Assembly (NCBI GenBank): GCA_051294905.1
Contig: CM119383.1
Span: 7,998,001 to 8,062,000 of the forward strand
Direction of reading: 5' to 3'
Length of the DNA stretch: 64,000 bases
DNA from: Botryllus schlosseri
Lineage: Eukaryota
The position numbers were made by a program, and so were the translations under genes. The notes below the pieces were generated by a model, which saw only the letters and a program-made list of their open reading frames with translations, did not search any database and had not been told where the DNA came from. Positions within the stretch are counted from its first letter, which is position 1, and each line of letters opens with the position of its first letter. Below are positions 9,325 through 22,921 of the stretch, piece after piece.

Positions 9325-12300
9325 ATGCCTATGATTCTTGTTCAATATGTTGGCATGGCCTGGGCCTGCACCTGCGTTTTGTTCATAATGATGTCATTAA
9401 AGCTGGAAAATCAAGTATCCGTAAGTATGCAGGAATTGTTGTTTTCAATTTGTCGTGTTGAATGTGATATGGTGCTGGTTTTACGTCTGGTCATTGCAAA
9501 AAAAACCTTCAGAGAATGACTCGATAAAGGACGAATACAATGAAGATAAATTGATGTCACCTAATTTCGTATGTTAGCATAGCTATAGCACAAATCTTCC
9601 ATTGTGTTCGGCCCGGAAAAGCTTACAAATGGTGTAACCCGTGCAATATATATGAGTGTGACAAGATTACTCTTCTTTTTTCAGTACAGCTGGTTTGTTA
9701 CGTTCATTCCTCGCTTCTTTTTATGTGTTTTCGACATGGTATGGGTCATCGCTAGACTCGTCTATCACAAGAGAAGCTATGGGGTAAGTCAAAATTACAT
9801 CAAGTAGTAATTTACTACTAGTACACTAGCAAACCAAGCCCACCTGTTTTCAGCAGAGCAGGATTTTTACAAGTATAAGCCAGACATGGGGTAATCGTGA
9901 TTAGTAATCGTAATCGATTACGACGATTACAGCATTTTCAAGTCATCGTAATCGCAATCGATTACTTTCGAAAAAAATGCAAAGTAATCGTAATCGTGAT
10001 CGATTGCTTCACATATCTAATCGATTTCTTTGTGAAAGCACGATTACTTTTCATTTGTACTAGGACTATGCAACTAGGGTTGGATTATCCGGATAACGGT
10101 TAACCGCGGTTTTTTTTATTATCTGATATCCGGATATAATTATGCCGGTTAACCGGATAAAATAGTATTGTTGATAATGCGTTTTACACTTTTTAGTAAG
10201 CTCAATAAGTTGTATTATCAGTGTTGCGCGCGGCCAATTAACGAGAAGCGTGTTGCCAATTAGCGAGATACGTCTGTGCACAATGTAACGCGATGCAATC
10301 TCCCGCTGAGAAGATCGCCAAATTAGGTGCTCGGCTATCGTTACTGGCCTGATTTATCGAGTCTTCAACAAGCCTATAGTTCCGCTGGCAGAATCGCATC
10401 TGCAATAGGCCCTATGGACACTATAACACCACTGGTCTGCACAATCGCATCTTCATTGACTTTGTGTTCACGATATTATAGGGTTATCATGTTTGGGAAA
10501 TCTGAAAAGAGGACACTTTTTCATAATTTTCAGACTTGCAAAACCGGAGTAGAATTCTCAAAAAATGGTAAATTTTTCCCACTTCGTGGTCGGTTGGCTA
10601 AAAAAAATATTAAAGGTCAACTTTCCACTCGGCTCCTGGAATACCCGCCGGACCGTCACTTCGGTGCTAATTTACGACATCTCAGTCGAATTTTGCTATA
10701 AATATGACCAAAATTCGTATGGTAACCCTACGATATTATCGTTGGCCTACACAATCGCATCAGCAATAGGCATGGCACGAAAGATATCATCGCTGGCGTA
10801 ACAATCGCGTCTCTGGCCTGGAATGCGTTGGCTCCTATTTCTTGGGCGCTTGGAGGCAATATGCTGCTTGGAGTATTCTGATCAGCGATTGTGATTAAAT
10901 AATGACATCGCGAAACTGAATGACATCGAATGTTCGCATTTTGCAAACATTTTTGTGCGTGCACTCCGGTCCCGGCTACAGGATGCCACAATTAATGCAG
11001 TGTGCTTTGTAAGGAGGGCGTTGCAGAAGCAGTGAACATTAAATTTGCGTGATTTTTGTGGTATTCGCTCGTACTGCGCGTGTACGTATAGCTCTACAAT
11101 AACACTGTGTAATGATTTTGCGATCCATTTTTCATGCAGACCTCGTGAAATCGATTGTCTCACTTAGCAGTTATTATCCGGTTCACCGGTTAGCTAAATT
11201 CCAAATATACGGATATATCCGTTATCCGGATAGTGAAAATTATTGATATCCGAACTAACCCTATATGCAACTATGTCATGAACTCAACATTCCTGAACAA
11301 GTAAGAGTGCTATATTATACCACGTTATTGATAGCAAATACGTCAAAGACGCCACTGCTCATTATTACCTCACAACACACATGTATTAGCTTTGCTCGTC
11401 ATTGCGCTACGAATTATCCTCACGTAGTAAATAGTATTCGATGAACACTGCATAATGTACATGTAGTAGTGTTATTGTCCAATAGGAACCACCGGCAGCA
11501 TGCCATATATATCAGGTTATCAATTCACTCCTGACATCACTACCGCGCAGCGCAGTAATGATCACCACTCAGCCTAGTTTCGTTTCAAATAGTAAGATTG
11601 TATTGCTGTATGGTTATTGGTTGTGGTTAGCTGAACGCAGTTTGAACGTTACTGCTTGGCAAGGTGTAGCCCTAAGCGTAGGTACACCAGACAATGATTT
11701 GTCATTTTGTACTCGTCAAATGAAACATTGCGATTTCCACATTGAAGCATTAAAAATCCAAGAATGCTGATAGAAATCATAACTGAGCAGTTGTTTGACG
11801 CTATTCCTAACGGCATCTCGCAATATAACTGGCACGAATCGTTTTTCGCAATTCTTTACTCAACATTTTGATCTGCCGCCATAGCCATTGCTTATAAACC
11901 ATGATAGCGTAGGATGTAGCTAGAATCAGAACTGAAACAGGACTTCGTCACCCCCAGACTCCCACTTTACGACCGGTCTTTTCACATCAACTTGAAGACA
12001 CGTTTGATGCGATGTGGCTTCACTGTGTAATTGTTGTTATCGCGCGAATAGCGAAAATATCGTCGAATTCATGGCTGAATTTCGTCAGTAATGATGGTAA
12101 TTGCATAAACATATCTATTTTGTTTCTCTCTCAGCCTGCGTGGTCAGATTTACCGGTAGAGCTGAGAGAGCTGATGTCTTCGACAATGTAGGCACGCGAT
12201 TACTAATTATAACATATTCGGTAGCTCCCGTTGTTAATATTACTTTGTTCGTTGGATGTTGCTCATTCGTGACCATAGTCAAAAGATATTAGAATCACCC

Positions 12301-13833
12301 AAACATAGCAGACTAAACAAACGAAAAACGTATGTTTCGTGAGATGCACACACGCGTTGTCATCTCTTCACATTTCTCCTTCATATTTGTCGACATTAAA
12401 TCGCTAAGAAATATTTTAGCCCATAGGGCCTAATTTCTCCACAAAATTTGATGATTTACGAAATAATTTTGGGTCCCCTTCGTGCTCGCCATACATCCAA
12501 TTGGGGGTTCAGGGTGCGCCCTGACTAGAATGGAAATCGCTGGGTGCAAGAAATCTTTAGCTATAAATTTGGCCAATGGGTATATTGTGATGTAACAAGC
12601 AAATGGCATCACATTATAAGTCGAAAAATGTACTCTCATGACGCCTTTCATCATACCGTAATATCGCCATCCAATATGTCTCGAAATATAAGTTCTAAGA
12701 AGCAAAATGAATGTAATCGTGATTACTTTTCCAATGTAATCGTAATCCTAATCGACTACTTTGAGATTTTGCTGTAATCGTAATCGCGTGATATAGAAGT
12801 AATCGCAATCGATTACATTCATGAAGTAATCACCCCATGTCTGGTATAAGCCTAGCCAATTTTATATATATTTAAGGAGATTATACTCATAAGGCGTAAG
12901 CATATCTTTTCAAATTCTTTGTTATTTTCATAAGTATGATAACTCGGCTTCAGTCACTCAATAGAAAATGATTTATGGTAACTAAAACTTCTAACATAGT
13001 TCTGTCTTGTGCTTGAAAGCAGAGAGTCAGTGTTGGCATCTGCTTACTTTTCTTGGTTTTCAACACGTAATGCATTTCATTTGCAGTTATTTGATTAATG
13101 AGAACTAGTAGCCAGTAGGATCATTCTGTACTTCACTTCACTTTTGTGATCAAATTAAATTCTTGTTGGCTACTGTGACAAACTAAAGCCCATAAATTTC
13201 TATGTCTCTCTGACACTTGATATTACTTGAAAGTAAGTAGGCCTAAATCATAAAATATAACGAAGTAGCAGAAGATTATATTTGCTTGATGAAGTACTGC
13301 AAATAGAGGAAAACTACTTTTTCAAAAAACCAGAAGTACTGTGTTCCAGATCACCTCTGGTACCAGTAGGTTTACGATTAGTCTATGACAAAAAAGTAAA
13401 TGGATATCAGTTAAGTCAGACATGATCCTCGGTCTGATTGTAAAAAATAATATAGTCTGCCAAACGATGATAAAATATAAGTAAAATCGTTACTATGTCT
13501 AAAACAATTTTGATTCTCTACTTTTGATCACATTTTCGGATTGAGAGTTGAAATTCAAATCTGGATATTCGACAGTGATATTGGTAAACGAATACGGAAT
13601 CAGAATTGAATGGTGATCTCTTTTTACAGGACCCTCAAAGTGTCAGCATGAAACGGAAAGGCTTCCTCTTGGCTTCCTGTATTCTTGAACTGTTATTCGA
13701 AATATTGCTCTGTCTGCGGCTGGATCACATTGTAGAGATTTCCATGTACTATGTTCTTATTCCGCTATGGATACTTCTCGCTGGTTATGTTGTGAACTTT
13801 TTCCATTTCCAAATTGTTGTGATTCAGAGCTGA
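9325..13833 (+). CDS. TMEM60: Transmembrane protein 60, 3 exons (9325..9420, 9685..9783, 13630..13833), 132 aa
   Basis: Canonical GTAAGT/AG phase-0 junctions. The product MPMILVQYVGMAW...LKLENQVS/YSWFVTFIP.../DPQSVSMKRKGFLL...VLIPLWILLAG aligns by eye with recalled TMEM60 (LVLKLDEKAPWNWFLIFIP...DPRHGSHNIKKKAW...VFIPLWALLAG). Confidence 0.85.
10075..11263. mobile_element. Non-autonomous hAT element (middle layer)
   Basis: TAGGGTT...AACCCTA termini, subterminal ttatccggata repeats, and a perfect TSD TATGCAAC. Confidence 0.88.
10479..10730. mobile_element. hAT MITE (inner layer, Tip100/Arthur-like), 252 bp
   Basis: TAGGGTTATCAT...ATGGTAACCCTA TIRs, an aaaagaggaca motif, and a perfect TSD CGATATTA. 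Confidence 0.9.
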
Positions 13834-15030
13834 CCAAACTAGATTCACATCGGGTGGGAATTCTTGACCATGTGACGGATATGAATTGCCGTCGACATGT
13901 GTAATCAATGCGCCTCGTTCCATATGAATTTGGAACTACATGCATAGATTTGTGGCAGACACGGCTAACCTGGCCAGAGGTGACAACTGTGACAGTCTTC
14001 ACCAAACTAGTCTATTACTCGACCATGATTTATTTATTCCAGTTGATTGCTGCACCTTCGTACTGCTAGTTTAAAACACTATACGATTTATGCAGTAGTC
14101 TAACTGATTGATAAGATGATAACTATCGATTTTTTCAAGATCGGTATCATGAGTTACGGTATTGTCATTTGTGTACTGGTTTCAACTGATGTCTATAACC
14201 ACATTGTCTCATCATTACGATTCTTAGAGACACTCATAGGGCAGAGGCAGCAAAGTAATGGTGTGACCTCCACTATGATCCCAAAGCTATGCATATTCTT
14301 GTCATGGAATTGGAATATCTGCCTATGGAATATTGATTTGGTTTTGCACCAGATTGTTGCATTTTCATCTACACACTGTGCAATTGAATCGTGTTGCATC
14401 ACGGATATTTTTGTAGAACGTGAATTATACATGAAGTGAAGGAAAATTAGCAAACATCATTAATAAATACAAAAACTTCGTATCTTGTCGATAGGCTCAA
14501 GAGACAGCTGACATTTGTAGAACTGTGTATGAAATCATTTATTCCATAACCATTAGAAAAATTCACCCAAGGAACTTGATTTACAATTTCAAATTCAAGA
14601 AAGTAACAGCTACTCTAGTCCTTTACTTGAATCAGACAAAATAAAATGATATAACATAGAACGTATATGATAGATTTTTGATATTTCACAGTTTGGATAT
14701 ACCAGTGATAGACAGAATTGAAAATATTTTAAAACGTTACTAAATGCAATAAGCTATGGACATCACTAATTTGCACATATACTCGAGCTATGATTCAAAG
14801 TACAACTACAAATATATCACAGTAGGACAACGCAGCTGAAAAAGAAAACATTGAAGGTCTTCATTATAAAATGAGGTGTCTGTGGAATCACGGTATTGCT
14901 TCGAACAATGTCTGAAATATTGGTTGGCTGGTAGTGGTGTTTTTGCTTTCTGCGCACAGTACAAATGTTTTTTTTCTACTCGAATGGCTTCTGGATTGAT
15001 ACGGCAATAGCAAAACCCTGACATGTATCA

Positions 15031-18000
15031 CTAGCTGACTTTGTTTAGAACTAGTGAGAAGTCTTTGAAAGAATAATAACCATCTTCCTCATCACTGATG
15101 GTGTTAGACTCCGGGTCTGAACATTCACCGACACGTTTAGAGATTTTGTGCTTGGTTGGCACTGATGAGACATGCAGTTGGGATTCATGTTGCACAAGGT
15201 TTGCTTTACTTGGTCGGAAATAGTCCATTTCTACTTCATCGTCGAGAAACAAGGGCTTTCTCTTATCATAAGTCTTGTCCGTGTATTGCGATGTAAAGAA
15301 GAAAGTGGGACGTCTCCTACACCTTATGATTGCTAATGATAAGAAAGATACCAATCCGACCAGGCCTATTAGAATAGGAGCAAGAACTTGACCGATAGCT
15401 GCCGACTTGCCTTGTGATAGTGGGGCTGGTATTTCTCGGTCGAGTTTCACTTTGAACCCGAGTTCAGGAGCAATCGTGACGTTATTGCTGCTGACTATGA
15501 TTTCAGGCAGCATTGAGAGGAAAAATTCAAAGTTTGTGTCCGAAGTACGATTTTTGAAAATCAAGTGCCTTATAGTATTGTTGAAAGCGATTAAATCCAT
15601 CTCATCGATAGACCAACGGACACCAACACTATAGGTAGTGCTACGGCGTCTTCTCCGCCTAGTTATAGAATCAAAATTATGAATGTTGATTGAAGAATTG
15701 TTGATTGCACTGTGAAACGATGATAGATAAGAAGACAATTTTCTGATGAAAGTAACGGGATATAAGGAATATACATCATCCTCAGTGATTGAACTGATAG
15801 CTTTTATATCAATTGCAGTAGAGACAGTGTAGTCCTGTGATTTAGAACTTGGAAGCGGATATACTGACACATGCAACGTGAGAATTTCCGAAGTTCGCAT
15901 ATTACCCGTGGTAATATAGATATGGTACGTTTGGGTCTGTGAGACATCACCGGAATGATTGGCGACTGGAACTCCACATAACGATTTGGATTCTTTGCAA
16001 TACATCAGCCATTGGTCGGTCAGTAATGGCGCTGGGATATTGTGTACAGTTGTTGTTGCTGTCAAATCCACATTCACATAATGCATGCCGTGTTTCAGTT
16101 CAGATGAAAGGAATTCTGGAATTGTGTGCTGAAACATCTTGCCAACGACTGCCGAAACAACATCCGTGACGCTCACTGCTGGAAAACGGATATGGTTCAT
16201 TATATGAGTGGAGTGTTGAGTTATACCTAATTGCATAGCCCAAGATTTTTTTATGATGGATAATAGTTACCTGCTACCAATGACCAAGCTCTGTCGGCCA
16301 CAAATTTAAATATATCTACTGGGAATTGCCATCCTTTCCTACAAAATACCACTGCGAAAAGTATCTTAAGACAAAAGAGTTCAACCCCATACCAGGGTTT
16401 GGTCACTAGTTTTTGACTGCAGACAAAAGAAAAAACAAAGAAAAACTACAAATATAACATACAGGGGTGCTAGTGAAGGTGGAGTAAAATACGCTACATG
16501 TTAGTCATGCTACAAGACATTTTGAGTAGGTATTTTGAAGCTTACCCGGATCAACATTGCCTGAAGTTGTCAGTTTCGTAGCAGTTGGTAGCAATATCGG
16601 TGTAGATGGGGTGGATTTTATCGTTGATGTTGGCGGAATGTCATGAAACAGAGTTGTTGATGGAGTCAGGACTTTATTATCAGTCCATGTAGATGTCTCT
16701 TTGACAATAGAAGTCGATTGTACTGGGGTTGCTAAAATCGAAGTCGTCACACTGTCGGGAGTTGTTGACACAAGATAACCTTGCTCAGTTGTAACACCAC
16801 TGGAAGGACTTCCATCGTTTGAAATGTACCGTGTAGCATGTGGTCCTGTTTTTGTAGTGGAATACAATGAGGTAGTGTCCGTGGTGACCAAATTACTAGA
16901 CGCTTTAGGTGCAGTGAAATGATCATCGGTATGTAGCATTTCACGAGTGCTTTCAATGGTAACAGTAGTCTCATGAATTGAAGAAGGTATGCTTGTGGAA
17001 GATACGCCAATCAGATTGGTGGTGGTAATGCCAGCATCACCTGATTTATCGCTTGGTATACTTTCAGCACCCTGGGCAGTAGTTGATGTAGAAAGAATCC
17101 CTGGCGTAGTACCGATAGTGCTTGAGACATCTTGATTAGTAGATACAATGGGTGTGTGCACAGAGCTGTAATGTTTCATTCTAGTAGTACCAGTTGGATC
17201 GGTAGCAGCAATTGTGGGTGATAACACCAGGCCGTCCTCTTTGGTGGTGAAATGTCTATCGATGAATGGTACAGAAGTAGATGACACAAATGGGGATTCA
17301 TTTGGTGACTTAATACCAGTGCTTGAGTATGAAGATGTGGGTAATCCAGGTGCTGAAGTAGAGGTTTGATATAAAGATTCAATAGTTGAATGAACTGAAG
17401 TCTTCACAGTGACAGCTTCTTCTGTAATAGTGTATGGCAGTTTCGGTTGGTGGGTAAATGCAATTGTTTTAATTTCGCCATTCGCACCAGTATTTGTCAT
17501 TGAGTGAACAGTTGCATGCACTCCCGATGCTTCAGTAAATGTTTGCCGTATGTGATCTGATGTTGAATGTGTTGCGGTCTCCATGGTGATAGCTTCTTCT
17601 CTGACGGCATTTGACTGTACCGTTTTTAAAGTGGAAGAGACTGTTGAAATTTCATCAACTATACCAGTATTTGTCATCAGATCAAATGTTGAGGTTGCAA
17701 TAGCTGATGTTGGATGCATGGATTCATATGTTGAATGAATTGTACTACCCACACTGACAATATCTTCTTCAGTAGCAGTTACCGCCAAATCATTGTCAGT
17801 AGAAGTTTCATCGGCCCCCAGGGTAATGCTAGGTTGGGATAGCAGAACTGTGGAAACACTAGGCCAACCTTCTGAACTTTGCTGAATTGTGGAGTAAATA
17901 GGTGTTATATGAGCCTGGTGATTGGTGATAGATGTTGATGACGAATGTAGTGTAGTGTCCCTTGCAGTGCTGCCAAACTGAGGAATATTTGACTCCGTCA

Positions 18001-21000
18001 GTGTCGACCCTGACCCAGCAAATGCGTTTTGCAACGTAGTAGCCACGGCAGGATGTGACTCATCTACAGTACTCACAGTAGAAATGGTTGGTGGGATATT
18101 TGAGGCACTACCAGACTCATGATCCACCGGCGAATGGCTAGAGACGGTGGGAATGGAAGTATAGTCAGAAGTCGCCGATGAAAGCACTGTTTTTGTCTCG
18201 TCTGGAAATGTCGAAAAGTTCCAACCAGGATTATCTACACCGTTTCCACTCCATACCGGGTCTGTCACAACCAAATATCCAGAAGTACCAGCAATTGTTT
18301 GTGGGTTTGATTGTTCTTTTTCAGTGCCGGTGGCTGTGACGTGTACTAAGGTACCAGTATGTGTTGGATTATAGCCCGTATCTGGATCCATTCCTGACAA
18401 AGTACTATGAGCAACACCATCACCAGACGTCAGAGTTTGACTAGGTAACGTATGCCCGATAGGGGTGGTTTGTGTAGGCATTGGTTCCAAAGTTTCATCA
18501 CTTTGCACACTGCTGTCTGCGGTGGTCCAGTACTGGATGGCAGTTGGCACCGCTGACTGCCTCTCTACATCAGTGTCAGACATCTGAGTTTGACTAGACA
18601 ACGTCTGCCCGCTAAGTGTGGCTTCTGTAGGCGTTGGTTGCAACGTCCCATCGTTTTGCACACCGTTGTATGTGGTGCTCCAGTACTGGAAAGCAGTTGG
18701 CATCAATGACTGCATTTCAGCCGACGTGATCACAGAAGTAGATGGCACATCTTCCTGTTTTGTAGTCGCGATTTCACTTTTTGCATTGCCCACAGTAGAA
18801 CCACTGCCAGAAAAATCCGTGGAACCGACATCGCCAGAGAATGCAATCATAGCCGAGGTATGTGCTATGTTGTTGTGCCGTGTAGTTACTGAAATTATGT
18901 CTTGTTGATTTATATTGGACGTTGACGAAAAAGAGTTGGATTTCCAGGCAGTATAACGTGTGGTGGTTTCAGCACCACTTTGAACGAGGTCACTTCCGAC
19001 GGATGAACTCCTTGCATATGTACCTTCACCACTTTCATCAGAATTTGTTGTTAAAGTGTTGGCATAAACTCTAGTTGCGATCGACGGCAATAATTCTGTG
19101 ACGCCTTGTTGCAGATGATTTGTTAAGCTGTCGGTAGCACTACCGATGTCCGTACCGTAAAGGTTTTCAGTCGTTGCTTCATGACCAGACACTGCGCTTG
19201 AATAGGTAATCGCAAAATCGCCAGACTCTTGTATGGTCACCGGGTAGTCGACAGCAGAAATAGCTTCTAAAGTATCACTGTAGGTAGTTGATATTTCAGG
19301 CGTCAGAATGTCTGGCAAAGGTGACAATGTTACTGAGACAGGAATACTGTGCCTTGTCGACGATACTATGCCGGGTATGTCTGGGTGAGGTAATTTAGTA
19401 TATGCTTCCTCTGAAGTAGGTTTGCTGCTTTGTGTCGCTACTGAACTATCGACATTGTGGTCGGTAGTTATCGCATTTGTGGCAAATTCATTCGAAAAAG
19501 TTCCTGTACTGCTCAAGTTAGTGTGTGGATCTGGGTTTGTAGTCCACATTCCGGAGCCCATTCCAACTGTTGTAGTAGTGGAAGATCCTTTTTCAGCGTT
19601 AGTGGTAAATACAGATTCAAGGCTGTCGGCCATCGCTGTACTTCCGTCTGCAAAGGATTCAGTTTCCATGGTAGAAAATATCAATGCAGTACCGTCATAT
19701 GCATCATGATCTTCTGCAGGTGTTGATGTTTGCACTGTAGTGGTAGATTCATCCTGATATGCAAGATCAGTCGAAGTTTGCATAACTCTCTTGATATTGT
19801 CACTGATTTCACCCTCTGTAATAACATCTTCAAGTGAGTCAGAAGTAGACAAAAAATCGACATTACTGTCTGGCCGAGTTGTGATTTGAACAGTTGTCTT
19901 TGTATCATCATCCGGCAGCGTTATTTCGTGTATAACGATTGGTGTTGAAGTTGAAGCTTGTTTTGTATTGAAACCTTCTTTCGCGAAAGACTCAATTGTG
20001 TACTCAGGAGTGGTTGTTATCAAATTTCTTTTTGGAGCAGTTGATGGCAGTGTAGTGAAGACAGCGGTTACTTCTTGAAGAGTTGCCGTGGAATCTTTCC
20101 TATCTGGAAAAGGTCTTTTGCTGAGATTTTCAGTGGTAACAGCATTAGTAAGGCTCGTGACATCTTGTGATGTACTTACTTGTACACCAGTGACAATGCC
20201 TGGACTGAACTGAGTTACAGAATCAGTGCTTACAGACATTGATGAAGTATCCGGTTTGTCAGTGATATCTTGCCTGGTATCTATGTCACTACCGGATTCA
20301 TACAGACTTGTATTTTCTGTAATTTTGAATGTGACATTTTCCACATCAGATGAAGTCAACTTATCATCAGTAACATATCCACTACTACTTTGAGTTATTC
20401 CCACATGAACCCTTGAAGAAATAGTATCAGAGAGCCCCGTTGTATGCAGCTGTGTATCAGTCAACGTAGAAAATGAAATCTGCGTTGTATGTGATGGTCT
20501 TCCATCTTTCTCTTCAACCGGCATACTTTCGGATGCCAAAGTAATCCCAGCATCGGTACCAAGTTTTGGATATTCTGTAGGTTTGGTGGCTAAAATGGAA
20601 TCATATTCCGACGTAGAAGCAACAGTGTTGTCGGAACGTAACGAAGAAATCGTTTTGCTGGAACTAGATGGAAATATTGTACTGCGGGATTCTCGAGTCA
20701 TTGATGACTTGTCAGATTGTAGAATCGCGGGATCAGATCGGATATCTAGAGGTGACAATGTCGTGGATGCATCTATTTCTTGAATGTTTGCTTGAGGTAC
20801 TTGAGAACGTGTTCGGTACTCTGTACTCTGATCTTGAAAAGATGAAGTTCTAGTCTGCCTGGTACCGAAAGAAGCAGTGCTGACAACGTCATCTGTTTTT
20901 TCGAACGCTAGATCTTGGTCAGTTGGTCTTTCTACAAATTCAACATCTCCAAATGTGCTTGAATCAGTAATCGTTGCACCCTCATCGTTAGAATTGGGAT

Positions 21001-22921
21001 TTTCTGTTGTGTCAAATTTCATATTCAAAATTTCAACATCAGACGGTGTGGAGGAGCTGTCTCCAGGTAATATACGGTTGACTGGTTCATCGAATTCGTA
21101 TATCTCACCAGATCCATAATCTGCATTCACAGTTTGTACTTCATGCTGACGTGATGTTGATACGACCTTGGTCGTACCAGTGTGGTTACTTGTCGACATT
21201 ACGTTGTCAGTGATAGTGATAGGCTGAGAAACTTGCCGATCGGTTTGATACGGTAAACTTTCGTCACGGGACGGTGTGGAAATGGATGATATATCTTCTT
21301 GTACCGAAATTGTAGTTTGCAAATGTGCAGCAGGTCCATCTCCACTGTAGATCTCATCCTCAAGATCAAAGGAGTCATCACTAGATGTTATATCAGTGTT
21401 GATGGGAGTTACAGCAGAAATTGTTTCCATATTGTATTCTTCAGAAGTGGCAGCCCGGCTTCTGGGATTTTCCGTGACTCCAACTGTAGAAACCGTCAAA
21501 TACACGTTCGGCGCGGAAATAGAGGATTCCACGTTATCACCGTTACGGTACACTTCTGGCAAAGTCACGTGGGTATGATCCGTCGCGTTGTGCATATCTG
21601 ACAATAGCGAGTTCAGAGGTTGCGGAAAATTATTCACCAGGATGCCGTAAATCTTGTAAAGCAGCTCACGCAAAGAGAACAGGTCTCTCATCGCGTCGTT
21701 AGTAGAAGTGGTGACATCTTTCACAGATTTGGAAGTGAGTACGTCGGACGTGGCGTCTTCAGTTGCTATGCCTGGTGTCGAACCATTCAAATTGTAGAGA
21801 TTCATTGCTTCTGTATTGCTCACCGTAGCCGATGGGTCAGATATTTCGGAATTATCAGCGAAAAATTCTTGGTATATCCTTCTCACCATCTCCATGTAAT
21901 ATTCTTGGTCGTACGTGGAAGTTTCTTCGCTGGTGCTTTCAGACGTGACCAATTTTACTTCAGTACCCGTGATCCCAACAGTGACGTAATCTGATGTTGG
22001 AATATGGTGATGACTCGGGCGCTCTAGTGTCGAGGATGTGTCCTGTGTAGTTGTCGGAGTCGGATTTAGCCGATTATTATTATTTGAGGTCGCAGTATCA
22101 TGTACTGTTTTACCCTGATCTGTGGTTTTCGTAGTTTGCACGACCAACGGTCCAGTTGTTTTTATCAATTCGAAGCCTGCCTGTATCAAACCTTCATCGT
22201 ATTCAACAACAAGCCCCAAAACTTGCCAAGCGTTGATCTCATGTCCTATGATTTTAGAAATTCGATCCTTCATCAAATCATCATCCAACAGCCTCGCGGA
22301 TTGCAACCACTTCGATACGTCGCCCGAGTCTTCAGACGTACACCGGGTAATATCTCCGAGAGGCCAAGCAGCTGCTAAATTCGGCCTACAATGCCGATCG
22401 ATATTGGCAAAGTTAGTCAAGGTCAGCTGTTTCACGACGTCGTGATGTAGCTTACAAAATTTCCACGAATTGTTCAAACTTTTCTCCTGGCACGTGTCAT
22501 ATAATACTTCCCGGTTTTGGCTGTCGAATCCCCAAACATAACCGCATTCTCCATTAGACTCCGCCGATCCGCGAATATAAAAGGATTGCCTTTGCATCGA
22601 CTGTGGGAGTCCGTTATGCGTTATTTTGTCGTCCATAAAAAAGTAGTCTCTCGAAGTGTTTGTGTAATCGGCGAGTCTGTTCTTGATATCCATCCGCGAC
22701 GAATTGGATATGAATATTTCATTCGGCACGCGGAAATGTAGCACCAAAAACAAGGCGACGCATGTCTTAGCTGGCGCAGAATCACGCTTCACCCGTAGGT
22801 GATTTTCCTGGCGCCATACCTTCACAAGTACTTGGATTACCAGTAGCAATAGCAGTGCGACGATGATTGCATGTTGAGCACGTATTCTCCTTCTCCTTAG
22901 GTAAAGGTAGACGGGTAACAT
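15031..22921 (-). CDS. Dystroglycan-like type I membrane protein with a very large mucin region; 2 coding exons (22921..16546, 16226..15031), ~2,523 aa
   Basis: A phase-1 GT-AG intron at 16545..16227 (CCGG|GTAAG ... caattag|GT) joins the two long ORFs in frame. The N-terminal S6-like motif (AWPLG...MKDRISKIIGHEINAWQV) resembles alpha-DG (SWKLGC...LGYPVVGWHI). Exon 2 encodes a cadherin-like domain, a SEA/DAG1-like module, a TM helix followed by CRRRP, and KRKPLFLDDEVE (compare KKGVPIIFADELD). Confidence 0.8.

Larger units (their letters stand above)
9881..12843. mobile_element. Non-autonomous hAT element (outer layer of a nest) in TMEM60 intron 2
   Basis: TIRs CAGACATGGGGT(A/G)AT at both ends, subterminal gtaatcgattac repeats, and a perfect 8-bp TSD GTATAAGC. 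Confidence 0.9.

Noticed and set aside
12430-12705. YPLAKFIAKDFLHPAIS resembles a hAT dimerisation motif inside the outer nested element
   Set aside because: It lacks ERxFS, and its position and orientation fit poorly with a transposase C-terminus. Too weak to call without an HMM search.
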